Shown: in pieces, positions 9,931 through 16,788 of the stretch | How the letters are laid out: every line of letters starts with the position of its first letter | Position numbering within the stretch: the stretch's first letter is position 1 | Virus record (IMG/VR): IMGVR_UViG_3300010396_000041 | Length of the DNA: 64,000 nt | Source: a virus | Lineage: Duplodnaviria; Heunggongvirae; Uroviricota; Caudoviricetes | Reading direction: 5' to 3' (one strand) | Translations under genes and position numbers: made by a program | Notes under the pieces: model-generated | What the model saw: only the letters and a program-made list of their open reading frames with translations | Database searches by the model: none | What the model was told of the DNA's origin: nothing

Positions 9931-10175
9931 TGCGTACCCGGGTGCGCGCCTACCTGGCGCGGGTGATCAAAAGCACGTTCGGGTTCCACGCCCGGGGCGA
10001 CGTCGAGTTCTCCAACGCCGAGGTGGTCAACGGCATGGTCGTGATGACCATGACGATGACCGCGATCAACGCGACGCTGCGGCTGACCCTGAAGCCCGAG
10101 ACCGCGTGGCTGGTCGGCAACCGGCTGAGCGACGCGGGACACGAGGCGAGCAAGGACCGCGATGGCAGCCGGTGA
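9930..10175 (+). CDS. hypothetical protein (81 aa)
   Basis: GTG start overlapping the upstream stop (TAGTG). Real-looking part of ORF 9762..10175 (VRTRVRAYLARVIKSTFGFHARGD...). Confidence 0.45.
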   Translation: MRTRVRAYLARVIKSTFGFHARGDVEFSNAEVVNGMVVMTMTMTAINATLRLTLKPETAWLVGNRLSDAGHEASKDRDGSR

Positions 10176-10338
10176 CGTCTACAGCGTCACCTGGTTAGAA
10201 GAGGACCAGGAATGGGTGGCGACCCACAACGGGTTCCCCTCCCTCTCCTACCTCGCCCCGATGCCGGTGCACGCACTCGCTGGGCTCCAGCGGTTGATCG
10301 CTGACTACCGCAAGGAGCAGGCGCAGCAGCAGAAGTAG
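10162..10338 (+). CDS. hypothetical protein (58 aa)
   Basis: Manual: ATG 10162 to TAG 10336-10338 (MAAGDVYSVTWLEEDQEWVATHNGF...). Below the ORF-track length cutoff. Confidence 0.4.
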   Translation: MAAGDVYSVTWLEEDQEWVATHNGFPSLSYLAPMPVHALAGLQRLIADYRKEQAQQQK

Positions 10339-10345
10339 CGCAACG

Positions 10346-10370
10346 CCCCCGCCCGCCTGGGCGGGGGTTC
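10346..10370 (+). terminator. rho-independent terminator-like hairpin (CCCCCGCCC/GGGCGGGGG)
   Basis: Perfect 9-bp GC stem plus TT, immediately after the stop at 10338. Confidence 0.55.
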
Positions 10371-10393
10371 CTCATCTCAGAGATGGAGGCACC

Positions 10394-10543
10394 ATGACCA
10401 CCCCGCCTAAGAAGCCGCAGTCCGACAGCTACAAGACCCGGCGCGGCAAGGACGCGGTCTATCAGCAGGAGCGGGCGTACAAGAGCTCGCAGCGGGAGCG
10501 GCTGCCGCGCCTGCGTGAGAAGCGCGAGAAGAAGGACAAGTGA
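10394..10543 (+). CDS. hypothetical basic protein (49 aa)
   Basis: Manual: GGAGG RBS then ATG 10394 (MTTPPKKPQSDSYKTRRGKD...). TGATG overlap with the next gene. Confidence 0.4.
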   Translation: MTTPPKKPQSDSYKTRRGKDAVYQQERAYKSSQRERLPRLREKREKKDK

Positions 10544-10797
10544 TGGGGCGCGTCCGTAGCTGGTGGAACGGGTCGATCAAGCACGTTGGCTGGTCTCCGT
10601 GGCATGTCACGAAGGTGGTGTCGGTCACGGTGGAGGTCAACTCTGGCGGGGCGACTCCGCCTGGCCAGCGCGGACGCGTCATTCACTGCGCGATGACTCC
10701 CGAGCGGGCTCGGGTGCTGGCGCTGCTCTTGATGAAGTACGCGATGGAGGCGGAGGCTGAGCAGCGGCGACTTCTGGGTGGTGCCGACCCCGACTAG
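10543..10797 (+). CDS. hypothetical protein (84 aa)
   Basis: ORF 10540..10797. ATG at 10543. Confidence 0.5.
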   Translation: MGRVRSWWNGSIKHVGWSPWHVTKVVSVTVEVNSGGATPPGQRGRVIHCAMTPERARVLALLLMKYAMEAEAEQRRLLGGADPD

Positions 10798-10799
10798 TC

Positions 10800-10814
10800 A
10801 TGCTACGTTGCTCA
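10800..10814 (+). promoter_or_regulatory. conserved upstream motif variant ATGCTACGTTGCTCA
   Basis: Abuts ATG 10816. Confidence 0.5.
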
Positions 10815-10815
10815 C

Positions 10816-11034
10816 ATGACTTCGACAGTGCCCGCCGCCAAGCTCGCCAAGCTCACCACCGCCGCGCTCATCGAGCAGTACGAGATCGCCGTGGCCGACC
10901 GCGTCACCGTATTCGCCGCCGAGGGCTCGAAGCACGGCGGGCACTCCCCGAAGCAGAAGCGCGTCGACCGGATCGTGGACCTGCTCTCCACCCGCGCCGA
11001 TCAGGGAGACGCTGACGCGCTCGCCTGGTTCTAG
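10816..11034 (+). CDS. hypothetical protein (72 aa)
   Basis: ORF track. Motif immediately upstream, hairpin downstream. Confidence 0.55.
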   Translation: MTSTVPAAKLAKLTTAALIEQYEIAVADRVTVFAAEGSKHGGHSPKQKRVDRIVDLLSTRADQGDADALAWF

Positions 11035-11042
11035 ATCCACTA

Positions 11043-11075
11043 AGGCCCCCCGCCCGCAAAGGTGAGGGGCCTCCT
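11043..11075 (+). terminator. terminator-like GC hairpin (AGGCCCC...GGGGCCT)
   Basis: Follows the stop at 11034. Confidence 0.5.
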
Positions 11076-11127
11076 TCATGCCCAGAACGCTCGGAGAGCG
11101 CGTCTCCCGGTCTCCCAGCGCTTTCAG

Positions 11128-11319
11128 CTAGACCAGGGCGGGCGCGGGCTTGAAAGCGCCCTCACAGCGCCCCTCGTGCTCCTGACGGGAGCGCACCGCA
11201 TCCGCCCACACCTCGACGTGGTTCACCGTCCACGCCGCCTGGCAGCAGCGGTGACAGATCAACACCCACGGCAGCCGAGGCGGCAGCGTCGCAGTCTCGT
11301 CGTACTCTTCCTCGCTCAT
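11128..11319 (-). CDS. hypothetical Cys/His-containing protein (63 aa)
   Basis: Real part of ORF 11128..11424 from M36 (MSEEEYDETATLPPRLPWVLICHRCCQ...). Upstream part is a wrong-frame R-rich run. Confidence 0.45.
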   Translation of the reverse strand: MSEEEYDETATLPPRLPWVLICHRCCQAAWTVNHVEVWADAVRSRQEHEGRCEGAFKPAPALV

Positions 11320-11765
11320 GCCAACTCCGGTCCATCTCGAAAGATCACGTTCTCGGTAGGCCAGGCGCCGTCCGGCCAGTACTCCACCCGCTTGAGGGAG
11401 CCGTTCTCCTGATACTCGACGCACTTGACCCTAGGGCAGGCGCGGGCGTGGATGCCCTGGCAGTGCTGGCAGGCTTCGCCCTTGTCGAAGTACTCCATCA
11501 CCCGGTCGCGGTCAGCGCCTTCCAGCGCCACCTCGGGCGGCGCCATCGCCCGCAGCGCCATCAGGTAGGAGGCGGCGTCTTCCCCGACCGGGGTGGCCCC
11601 CTTCTCGTATGCCTCGATACGGGCGGGAGAGACCCCTAGGAGCTCCGCAAGCCGAGCGCGCGTGATACCCGCCCCCTCACGGGCTGCGCGCCGCTCCTGC
11701 GCGCTCATAGCGGTCAGCGCGCGATGAGCGACCGACCACTCAGCCAGCGTGTTCAGGACGCTCAC
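11316..11765 (-). CDS. XRE/Cro-CI-type helix-turn-helix transcriptional regulator (149 aa)
   Basis: HTH signature ITRARLAELLGVSPARIEAYEKG. Confidence 0.7.
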   Translation of the reverse strand: MSVLNTLAEWSVAHRALTAMSAQERRAAREGAGITRARLAELLGVSPARIEAYEKGATPVGEDAASYLMALRAMAPPEVALEGADRDRVMEYFDKGEACQHCQGIHARACPRVKCVEYQENGSLKRVEYWPDGAWPTENVIFRDGPELA

Positions 11766-12067
11766 GAACCCACCGCCTGATCGGTGCCGTCCCAGGTGAA
11801 CTCAGCCACCGGCAGATGCTTCGAGCAGGCGACGCAGTAGGTAGCGCCGTAGAACTTCGGATCACGTGCGTAGGTCTCTGCCAGCGCGGTACCCATCGTG
11901 GTGAGCGATCCGCAGGCCTTGTGGATGTAGGAGCGGCGAACCGGGCGCACGAAGCCCTTGGCACGTTCTTCCTCCGACAAGACAAGGTAGACCTCTGCTT
12001 GCGACACCTGGTGCTCATCGACGCCGTGAGTCAGGCGCGGGTCGTCAGGGTCAGTGGTCAGCGACAT
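11762..12067 (-). CDS. hypothetical protein (101 aa)
   Basis: ORF track, balanced composition. Confidence 0.55.
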   Translation of the reverse strand: MSLTTDPDDPRLTHGVDEHQVSQAEVYLVLSEEERAKGFVRPVRRSYIHKACGSLTTMGTALAETYARDPKFYGATYCVACSKHLPVAEFTWDGTDQAVGS

Positions 12068-12088
12068 CTAGGCTCCTTGGAACGAGCT

Positions 12089-12119
12089 GTAGGGCGCCCC
12101 GTCCCCGTGGGCGCCCTAC
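12089..12119 (-). terminator. perfect inverted repeat GTAGGGCGCCC..GGGCGCCCTAC
   Basis: 11-bp stem. Lies between the tRNA block and gene 11762..12067. Confidence 0.45.
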
Positions 12120-12126
12120 ATGATCA

Positions 12127-12203
12127 TGGTAGCGGTGACGGGGTTCGAACCCGTGCTCTCTGCATTGAAAGTGCAGTGTCTTAGGCCACTAGACGACACC
12201 GCC
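12127..12203 (-). tRNA. tRNA-Glu (anticodon TTC), CCA encoded
   Basis: Manual fold: acceptor GGCGGTG/CACCGCT, anticodon loop CTTTCAA, T-arm ACGGG-TTCGAAC-CCCGT. Confidence 0.65.
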
Positions 12204-12204
12204 G

Positions 12205-12279
12205 TACCCCCGGTCGGACTCGAACCGACGACCCGCGCATTAAGAGTGCGCTGCTCTAGACCAGCTGAGCTACAGAGGC
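12205..12279 (-). tRNA. tRNA-Lys (anticodon CTT)
   Basis: Acceptor GCCTCTG/CGGGGGT (3 G-U pairs), D-arm TAGCTCAGCTGGTCTAGAGC, loop CTCTTAA. Confidence 0.6.
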
Positions 12280-12289
12280 TTGCCTTGCG

Positions 12290-12364
12290 TACCCCGTACC
12301 GGACTTGAACCGGTGTCCTCCGCCTTGAGAGGGCGGCGTCCTAGACCATCTAGACCAACGGGGC
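12290..12364 (-). tRNA. tRNA-Glu (anticodon CTC)
   Basis: Acceptor GCCCCGT/ACGGGGT, loop CTCTCAA, T-loop TTCAAGT. Confidence 0.6.
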
Positions 12365-12381
12365 GCTGTCTGCTACGTGAC

Positions 12382-12687
12382 TCATTCTAGCTCAAAGCCG
12401 AGCGCGCCCGCCACCGCCTTCACCGTCGCACACGGCCAGGCAACCGCGTACTCATCCGGCACTCCGCATGCCGCGCACACCGCCCGCATCGGCCCGTACG
12501 TAGCCAGGTCAGTACCAAAGCCCATCCCGTGCTCCACGCAGTCGTGGATCTCCAGGACCGCCAGCAGCGCATCCACCGCCGCCGAGCACTGCTGGCAGCC
12601 ACAGTCGAACTCGCAGCCTTCACAATGCCCCCGATCGTCCGTCAGCGCTGCCAGCCGCTCACGCAAAGCTTCAACAGTGTTGATCAT
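12382..12687 (-). CDS. hypothetical Cys-rich protein (101 aa)
   Basis: ORF track (HCEGCEFDCGCQQCS...). Confidence 0.55.
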   Translation of the reverse strand: MINTVEALRERLAALTDDRGHCEGCEFDCGCQQCSAAVDALLAVLEIHDCVEHGMGFGTDLATYGPMRAVCAACGVPDEYAVAWPCATVKAVAGALGFELE

Positions 12688-12688
12688 G

Positions 12689-12776
12689 CGGAAGGGGGGA
12701 GGGTCGAACTCCCACGAGTGTTACCTCAAACGCTTTTCGAGAGCGTCGCCGCCGCCATCTATCGGCTGGCCCTTCC
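12689..12776 (-). tRNA. tRNA-Ser (anticodon CGA), class II
   Basis: Acceptor GGAAGGG/CCCTTCC, loop CTCGAAA, long variable arm. Confidence 0.6.
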
Positions 12777-12786
12777 AGGAACTACG

Positions 12787-12861
12787 TACCGTCGGCGAGA
12801 CTCGAACTCGCAACCACCGCCACCTGAAGACGGCGCCTCTACCAGATTGGGCTACGACGGC
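12787..12861 (-). tRNA. tRNA, anticodon read as CAG (identity uncertain; short variable arm, irregular D-stem)
   Basis: Acceptor GCCGTCG/CGACGGT, T-arm GCGAG-TTCGAGT-CTCGC, best loop TTCAGGT. Confidence 0.4.
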
Positions 12862-12862
12862 G

Positions 12863-12945
12863 CGGAGGGCACAGGGATCGAACCTGTGCTGGTGACCCAG
12901 GCCTCTGCTTAGCAAGCAGGCCCCTTACCTCTCGGGCAGCCCTCC
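12863..12945 (-). tRNA. tRNA-Ser (anticodon GCT), class II
   Basis: Acceptor GGAGGGC/GCCCTCC, loop TTGCTAA, variable arm GGCCTGGGTCACCAGC. Confidence 0.6.
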
Positions 12946-12948
12946 AAG

Positions 12949-13146
12949 TCACGAAGATCGTGACAGGAGACTCCGAAGGTCCTCGACCAGCAGCTCGTGG
13001 TAGAAGCCGTCCTCGCCCCGGACACCAGCGACGCCCGCAGGTTCCAGCGGCGACTTCTCCCGAGCCCCGACAGCATCCAGGAAAGCCTGCACCCGATCAC
13101 GGGGCGACTCACCGGGATACGGAGGCAGCTGGTTCACGCTTGGCAT
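12949..13146 (-). CDS. hypothetical protein (65 aa)
   Basis: ORF track. Confidence 0.4.
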   Translation of the reverse strand: MPSVNQLPPYPGESPRDRVQAFLDAVGAREKSPLEPAGVAGVRGEDGFYHELLVEDLRSLLSRSS

Positions 13147-13321
13147 CGTCGCACACCTTGTGGCACGGCGCCAGCTTTACCGGGTGCCGCAGGATCGCCG
13201 GTCGCCCGCAGTGCATACACGGCCCCGCGTAGTCCCTGGCAGCAACCGGAGCGTGAGACCAGTCGACAGTGCCCCACGTCGTACGACCCGGTTCCGTCGC
13301 GGTCGTCTTCCGTGGGGCCAT
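13109..13321 (-). CDS. hypothetical Cys/His protein (70 aa)
   Basis: ORF track (GPCMHCGRPAILRHPVKLAPCHKVCDD). Confidence 0.4.
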   Translation of the reverse strand: MAPRKTTATEPGRTTWGTVDWSHAPVAARDYAGPCMHCGRPAILRHPVKLAPCHKVCDDAKREPAASVSR

Positions 13322-13379
13322 GCCGTACTCCTTCGCGCTGAGGGCTTGGCATGCCCGGCACGCTGTCTAGAGCTCCAGC

Positions 13380-13589
13380 CTAGCTGGTAGGCCGGGAGAG
13401 CGCCTGATACGCCCGCTCCGCCCGCGCCCAGCGATCCAGCGGGTCAGAGTCAAGACCAAGCGCCTGATCCTGCGAGAGGAACCCGTCAGCGAGCAGCTTG
13501 GTCGCCGTATACCGCTGAAGGTCTTCCCACGTGGTCTCCGGCGGGTCAGGGTAGCGGCGCGCCTGCCAGCGGCCAGCCACCTCAGTCAC
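13380..13589 (-). CDS. hypothetical protein (69 aa)
   Basis: GTG start in a GTGA overlap with the upstream stop. Real part of ORF 13380..13715. Confidence 0.4.
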   Translation of the reverse strand: MTEVAGRWQARRYPDPPETTWEDLQRYTATKLLADGFLSQDQALGLDSDPLDRWARAERAYQALSRPTS

Positions 13590-13927
13590 TCGTCGCGTCC
13601 ATACGCGGCATCCCGAGCCTTGCGCAGCAGCCGGATCAGCCGGTTCAGCTGATCGCGCTCCAGGTTCGCGGTATACAGCTCGTCCTGCGGGGTCTCCGGC
13701 GGCGGAGGCCAGCACGTTGCCTGGTCGTAGTCTTCCTTCGACACCGGCGGGTAGGGCAGGATCGAGAGAGAGACCCCGCCACTGAGTTCCATGTCACTGG
13801 AGGACAACGTCGACCAGTGCAGCGTCAGGCGGGGGGAGGTGATCATCACCTTGCCGGTGACTTCGCCCAGCTCGTTCCAAGAGTTCGACTCTTCGCTGTG
13901 CGGCCATGCAATGACTTCTTTCGGCAT
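13586..13927 (-). CDS. hypothetical protein (113 aa)
   Basis: ORF track. Confidence 0.5.
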   Translation of the reverse strand: MPKEVIAWPHSEESNSWNELGEVTGKVMITSPRLTLHWSTLSSSDMELSGGVSLSILPYPPVSKEDYDQATCWPPPPETPQDELYTANLERDQLNRLIRLLRKARDAAYGRDE

Positions 13928-13937
13928 CGCGCCGAAC

Positions 13938-13988
13938 CTCCATCGCGGAGTAGAGGCAGCCTCGCGCCGCCTACTACTCCGCGATGGT
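13938..13988 (-). terminator. long inverted repeat CCATCGCGGAGTAG...CTACT(ACT)CCGCGATGG
   Basis: 14-bp stem between the genes ending at 14011 and starting at 13927. Confidence 0.4.
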
Positions 13989-14010
13989 ACTAGCTAGAGC
14001 TCACCCACGC

Positions 14011-14202
14011 TCAGGCTTCGAACTCTTCCCACTCGAAGCCGCAGCCAGGCTGAAGGCATCGCAGCAGGACGAGTACCTGCTTGTTCAGGGTCCGGCGGCT
14101 GACTGCGACGTTGCGGTTGTGCGAGCAGCCAGGTGCGGGCCTGGTCGACCCTGCGGGAGCCCCCGACCAGGTGTTCGGGGTCTCCTTCTTCCGCCAGCCC
14201 AT
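14011..14202 (-). CDS. hypothetical protein (63 aa)
   Basis: Real C-terminal part of ORF 14011..14436 from M79 (MGWRKKETPNTW...CLQPGCGFEWEEFEA). TGATG coupling. Confidence 0.45.
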   Translation of the reverse strand: MGWRKKETPNTWSGAPAGSTRPAPGCSHNRNVAVSRRTLNKQVLVLLRCLQPGCGFEWEEFEA

Positions 14203-14321
14203 CAGGCGTACTCCTCGTAGGTGCCCTGGCAGTCGTTGCACCGGTAAATGATGATCGTGTACCCGCCTTCGGTGCGGCGGGAGATCTCGGTGCGCGAGCC
14301 GGTGTGACGGCAGTTCGGCAT
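14202..14321 (-). CDS. zinc-ribbon mini-protein (39 aa)
   Basis: Manual: MPNCRHTGSRTEISRRTEGGYTIIIYRCNDCQGTYEEYA. TAG-ATG junction with the upstream gene. Confidence 0.4.
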   Translation of the reverse strand: MPNCRHTGSRTEISRRTEGGYTIIIYRCNDCQGTYEEYA

Positions 14322-14513
14322 CTAGATCGCCTCGTCCCAGTTCGAGCCGCAGGCCTGGCAGGTCATGTGCTTGATGCCCTTGGAGGCGTCGCGGCCGTAC
14401 TCGCTGACCGCGCCGACGTGGCTGTTGCCCTGGCACTGGGGCGGGGTGTACAGGTTCTCGGTGCCGGGGTTGCGGGTGTCGTAGTTGTTGTCGCCGCTGC
14501 GGTGCTTGGCCAT
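14322..14513 (-). CDS. hypothetical Cys-containing protein (63 aa)
   Basis: ORF track. Motif copy 49 nt upstream. Confidence 0.5.
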   Translation of the reverse strand: MAKHRSGDNNYDTRNPGTENLYTPPQCQGNSHVGAVSEYGRDASKGIKHMTCQACGSNWDEAI

Positions 14514-14562
14514 AGGTGGCCTCCCTTGTGGATCAGTGGTTTCTGATGGGCGTTCAGCCCTA

Positions 14563-14577
14563 TGAGTAATGTAGCAT
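14563..14577 (-). promoter_or_regulatory. conserved upstream motif TGAGTAATGTAGCAT (minus orientation)
   Basis: Upstream of ATG 14513. Confidence 0.55.
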
Positions 14578-14601
14578 CAGAACCCTGATCTTGCACGTAG
14601 G

Positions 14602-14677
14602 GCGGGCAGGCGGGACTCGAACCCGCAGAAGTACCACGCCAACTAAGGCGCCGCTCTACCAATTGAGCTACTGCCCG
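14602..14677 (-). tRNA. tRNA with atypical anticodon arm (apparent 6-nt loop TTAGTT); identity unresolved
   Basis: Acceptor CGGGCAG/CTGCCCG, D-arm TAGCTCAATTGGTAGAGC, T-arm GCGGG-TTCGAGT-CCCGC. Confidence 0.45.
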
Positions 14678-14680
14678 ACG

Positions 14681-14753
14681 TGCGCCTGAAGGGACTCGAA
14701 CCCCTGACTCGCCGCTTAGGACGCGGCAGCTCTATCCACTGAGCTACAGACGC
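14681..14753 (-). tRNA. tRNA-Arg (anticodon CCT)
   Basis: Acceptor GCGTCTG/CAGGCGC, loop GTCCTAA. Confidence 0.6.
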
Positions 14754-14758
14754 TTGCG

Positions 14759-14837
14759 TACGCTCGGCGGGAGTCGAACCCGCACCCCGAAGGAGCGGCT
14801 TTTGAGGCCGCCGTGTCTGCCGTTCCACCACGAGCGC
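14759..14837 (-). tRNA. tRNA-Leu (anticodon CAA), class II
   Basis: Loop CTCAAAA, variable arm TCCTTCGGGGT, T-arm GCGGG-TTCGACT-CCCGC. Confidence 0.6.
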
Positions 14838-14843
14838 CAGCGT

Positions 14844-14976
14844 CGGGCAGGGCAGGAGTTGAACCTGCCTCGGCGGGGCCAATCACCGCTGTCAACAACC
14901 GCAGGCCCCTATTCGGCCACTGCCATCCACCAGGACGCACCGGAATCGAACCGGCTACCGCCCACTCTGCCCGACG
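14844..14976 (-). ncRNA. about 132-nt tRNA-like structured element with two T-arm-like hairpins and paired termini GTCGGGCAG/CTGCCCGAC
   Basis: Contains GCAGG-TTCAACT-CCTGC and GCCGG-TTCGATT-CCGGT. No canonical cloverleaf found. Confidence 0.35.
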
Positions 14977-15049
14977 TAGGCGCTGAGAGACTTGAACTCC
15001 CGACATCCGGTTTGTAAGACCGGCGCTCTTCCAACTGAGCTAAGCACCC
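14977..15049 (-). tRNA. tRNA-Val (anticodon TAC)
   Basis: Acceptor GGGTGCT/AGCGCCT, loop CTTACAA. Confidence 0.6.
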
Positions 15050-15169
15050 ATCACCACCCACATTCTTAGCAGCACTTTGCGGGCCGCGCCCCACCATAGA
15101 CCTGGCCACGAAGACCTGGTCACAGGCGAGGTGCGAGTCTGCACCCGGAGGGTGGCCCCACCGTCCCGT

Positions 15170-15242
15170 TGGCGTAGAGGGAATTGCACCCCCGCGCAAC
15201 ACTGCTTATCAGGCAGCTGCTCTACTGCTGAGCTATACGCCT
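15170..15242 (-). tRNA. tRNA-Ile (anticodon GAT) with non-canonical T-loop TGCAATT
   Basis: D-arm TAGCTCAGCAGTAGAGC, loop CTGATAA. Confidence 0.5.
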
Positions 15243-15252
15243 TCGTCGTGCG

Positions 15253-15326
15253 TGGATGTGGGAGGAGTTGAACCTCCGACCCCTGCCTTATCAGGGCAGT
15301 GCTCTCACCACCTGAGCTACACATCC
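15253..15326 (-). tRNA. tRNA-Ile (anticodon GAT)
   Basis: Acceptor GGATGTG/CACATCC, loop CTGATAA. Confidence 0.6.
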
Positions 15327-15415
15327 GGGTGCGGGCGGCCGAGAGCTTCCGCGCGGTAGTCCTCTCGGTATCCGGCCCAGGCTTCGCCATGCACAGCTCA
15401 GCCAGCTTTCCCGCG

Positions 15416-15488
15416 TGGACGCTACAGGATTTGAACCTGCGACCCCCTGCTTGCAAGGCAGGTGCTCTACCAGCTGAGCTAAGCGCCC
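15416..15488 (-). tRNA. tRNA-Ala (anticodon TGC)
   Basis: Acceptor GGGCGCT/AGCGTCC with G3-U70, loop CTTGCAA. Confidence 0.65.
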
Positions 15489-15497
15489 TGGTGTGAC

Positions 15498-15553
15498 GGG
15501 CAGACGTTGCTTCCGTGGATGCGCCGTTCCCGGCTCATCGCCAACGTCTGCCC
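15498..15553 (-). other. 12-bp inverted repeat GGGCAGACGTTG...CAACGTCTGCCC with a 32-nt loop in a tRNA spacer
   Basis: Seen directly. Shares CAGACG with the hairpin at 16583-16620. Confidence 0.4.
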
Positions 15554-15557
15554 ATCG

Positions 15558-15631
15558 TGGCTGGAGGCGGGTTCGAACCGCCGACCCCTCGCTTTTCAGG
15601 CGAGTGCTCGTACCAACTGAGCTATCCAGCC
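15558..15631 (-). tRNA. tRNA-Phe (anticodon GAA)
   Basis: Acceptor GGCTGGA/TCCAGCC, loop CTGAAAA. Confidence 0.65.
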
Positions 15632-15733
15632 ATGCTGCGCCGCCTCTGATTCATGACGGATCGTCCCCCGCTCCTGGAAGGGGTGCCCACGCTGCCACAG
15701 GATCTCCCTGGACAACACAACAGCGGCGCTGCG

Positions 15734-15806
15734 CTGCCCACCGTGGATTCGAACCACGAACCGCCTGATTCAGAGTCAGGTGCGCTGCCAATTGCGCTAG
15801 CGGGCA
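15734..15806 (-). tRNA. tRNA-Gln (anticodon CTG)
   Basis: Loop CTCTGAA, T-arm CGTGG-TTCGAAT-CCACG. Confidence 0.6.
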
Positions 15807-15823
15807 TCGATATCAAGTTGTAG

Positions 15824-15898
15824 AGCTGATGGCCGGACTCGAACCGGCGACCGCCCGATTACGAGTCGGGTGCTCTAGGCCAGCTGAGCTACACCAGC
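15824..15898 (-). tRNA. tRNA-Thr (anticodon CGT)
   Basis: Acceptor GCTGGTG/CATCAGC, loop CTCGTAA. Confidence 0.6.
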
Positions 15899-15899
15899 G

Positions 15900-15972
15900 T
15901 CCGGATGGCAGGACTCGAACCTGCGATCTCCTGGTCCCAAACCAGGCGCCTTTCCAACTAGGCCACATCCAG
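15900..15972 (-). tRNA. tRNA-Pro (anticodon TGG)
   Basis: Anticodon stem CCTGG/CCAGG, loop TTTGGGA. Confidence 0.6.
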
Positions 15973-15995
15973 TCTTGCTATGTTTCTGTACTGCG

Positions 15996-16069
15996 TCGGG
16001 GTAGCCGGACTTGAACCGACGACCTCTTGTCCCCCAGACAAGCGCCCTACCAAGCTGGGCCATACCCCG
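15996..16069 (-). tRNA. tRNA-Pro (anticodon GGG)
   Basis: Acceptor CGGGGTA/TACCCCG, loop CTGGGGG. Confidence 0.6.
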
Positions 16070-16120
16070 GTGGAGCCGAAGGGGGCGGGGTTGCGCGCCC
16101 CGGCGCTTCCCCCCTCGACG

Positions 16121-16193
16121 CTCCCTCGGCAGGGCTCGAACCTGCGACCCACGGATTAACAATCCGTTGCTCTGCCAACTGAGCTACAAGGGA
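16121..16193 (-). tRNA. tRNA-Asn (anticodon GTT)
   Basis: Loop TTGTTAA. Confidence 0.6.
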
Positions 16194-16214
16194 ATGCTAT
16201 GAAGTTGGCAGGCC

Positions 16215-16312
16215 CGTTTCCCCTAACGCTGGTACGGCCAGCGCAAACAGGGCACGAACTGAGTTCGGACCTCAGCCTTCCGGCGTTCAAACCCCACGGG
16301 CCAACAGGGTCA
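16215..16312 (-). ncRNA. tRNA-like element without canonical T-arm (paired ends GGCCCG/CGGGCC, anticodon-like hairpin CTGAG-GTCCGAA-CTCAG reading CCG)
   Basis: Manual folding only. Confidence 0.3.
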
Positions 16313-16322
16313 TCGCCTTAGT

Positions 16323-16402
16323 GGCAGGAGCAGGATTCGAACCTGCGAAGCGTGAGCGATCGGTTTACAGCCGACTTCCATTGGCCACTCGGACACCCTG
16401 CC
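16323..16402 (-). tRNA. tRNA-Tyr (anticodon GTA), class II
   Basis: Acceptor GGCAGGG/TCCTGCC, loop CTGTAAA, variable arm CGCTCACGCTTCG. Confidence 0.6.
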
Positions 16403-16422
16403 ATTGCTGTTCAGTTGTAACG

Positions 16423-16493
16423 AGTCGCTGGCCGGATTTGAACCGGCGTCCACGGCTTTGCAGGCCGTTGCCTCGCCTCTCGGCCACAGCGAC
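16423..16493 (-). tRNA. tRNA-Cys (anticodon GCA)
   Basis: Acceptor GTCGCTG/CAGCGAC, loop CTGCAAA. Confidence 0.6.
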
Positions 16494-16503
16494 ACCTCTT
16501 GCG

Positions 16504-16576
16504 AGCCGAGGACGGGACTTGAACCCGCAACATCCTGATTGGAAGTCAGGCTCCCTACCAATTGGGCGACCTCGGC
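16504..16576 (-). tRNA. tRNA-Gly (anticodon TCC)
   Basis: Acceptor GCCGAGG/CCTCGGC, loop CTTCCAA. Confidence 0.65.
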
Positions 16577-16582
16577 GAGGTG

Positions 16583-16620
16583 AAGCAGACGTTCGCTGGG
16601 GTCAGCTGTCCTGGCTATCC
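16583..16620 (-). other. 10-bp inverted repeat GAAGCAGACG...CGTCTGCTTC in a tRNA spacer
   Basis: Seen directly. Confidence 0.35.
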
Positions 16621-16630
16621 GTCTGCTTCG

Positions 16631-16704
16631 CGGTCCTGACGGGACTTGAACCCGCGACCTCCACCTTGACAGGGTGGCGAGCACTCCAACTGCTCTACAG
16701 GACC
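16631..16704 (-). tRNA. tRNA-Asp (anticodon GTC)
   Basis: Acceptor GGTCCTG/CAGGACC, loop CTGTCAA. Confidence 0.65.
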
Positions 16705-16788
16705 TTGTGATGGCAGCACGGTGATCAGTGAACTGACGGAACAGCAGCGCCCTGGGATCTCTCCAGGTTCTACTCCGTACTGCCTTCG

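Noticed and set aside
12377-12895. 172-aa + ORF across the first tRNA block
   Set aside because: Runs antisense through tRNA genes and the Cys-rich minus-strand gene. S/T/A/P-rich low-complexity.
14011-14436. 141-aa ORF from the track
   Set aside because: The N-terminal two thirds is an R/P/H-rich wrong-frame run overlapping the two small coupled genes. Trimmed to the C-terminal 63 aa (14011-14202) and a separate zinc-ribbon gene (14202-14321).
15632-15650. ATGCTGCGCCGCCTC (15632) and ATGCTATGAAGTTGG (16194-16208) resembling the start of the 15-bp motif
   Set aside because: Only the first 6-7 nt match. They lie in tRNA spacers with no downstream RBS or gene, so they are not counted as motif copies. 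Similar weak look-alikes at 12370-12384 and 16968-16982 were also left out.
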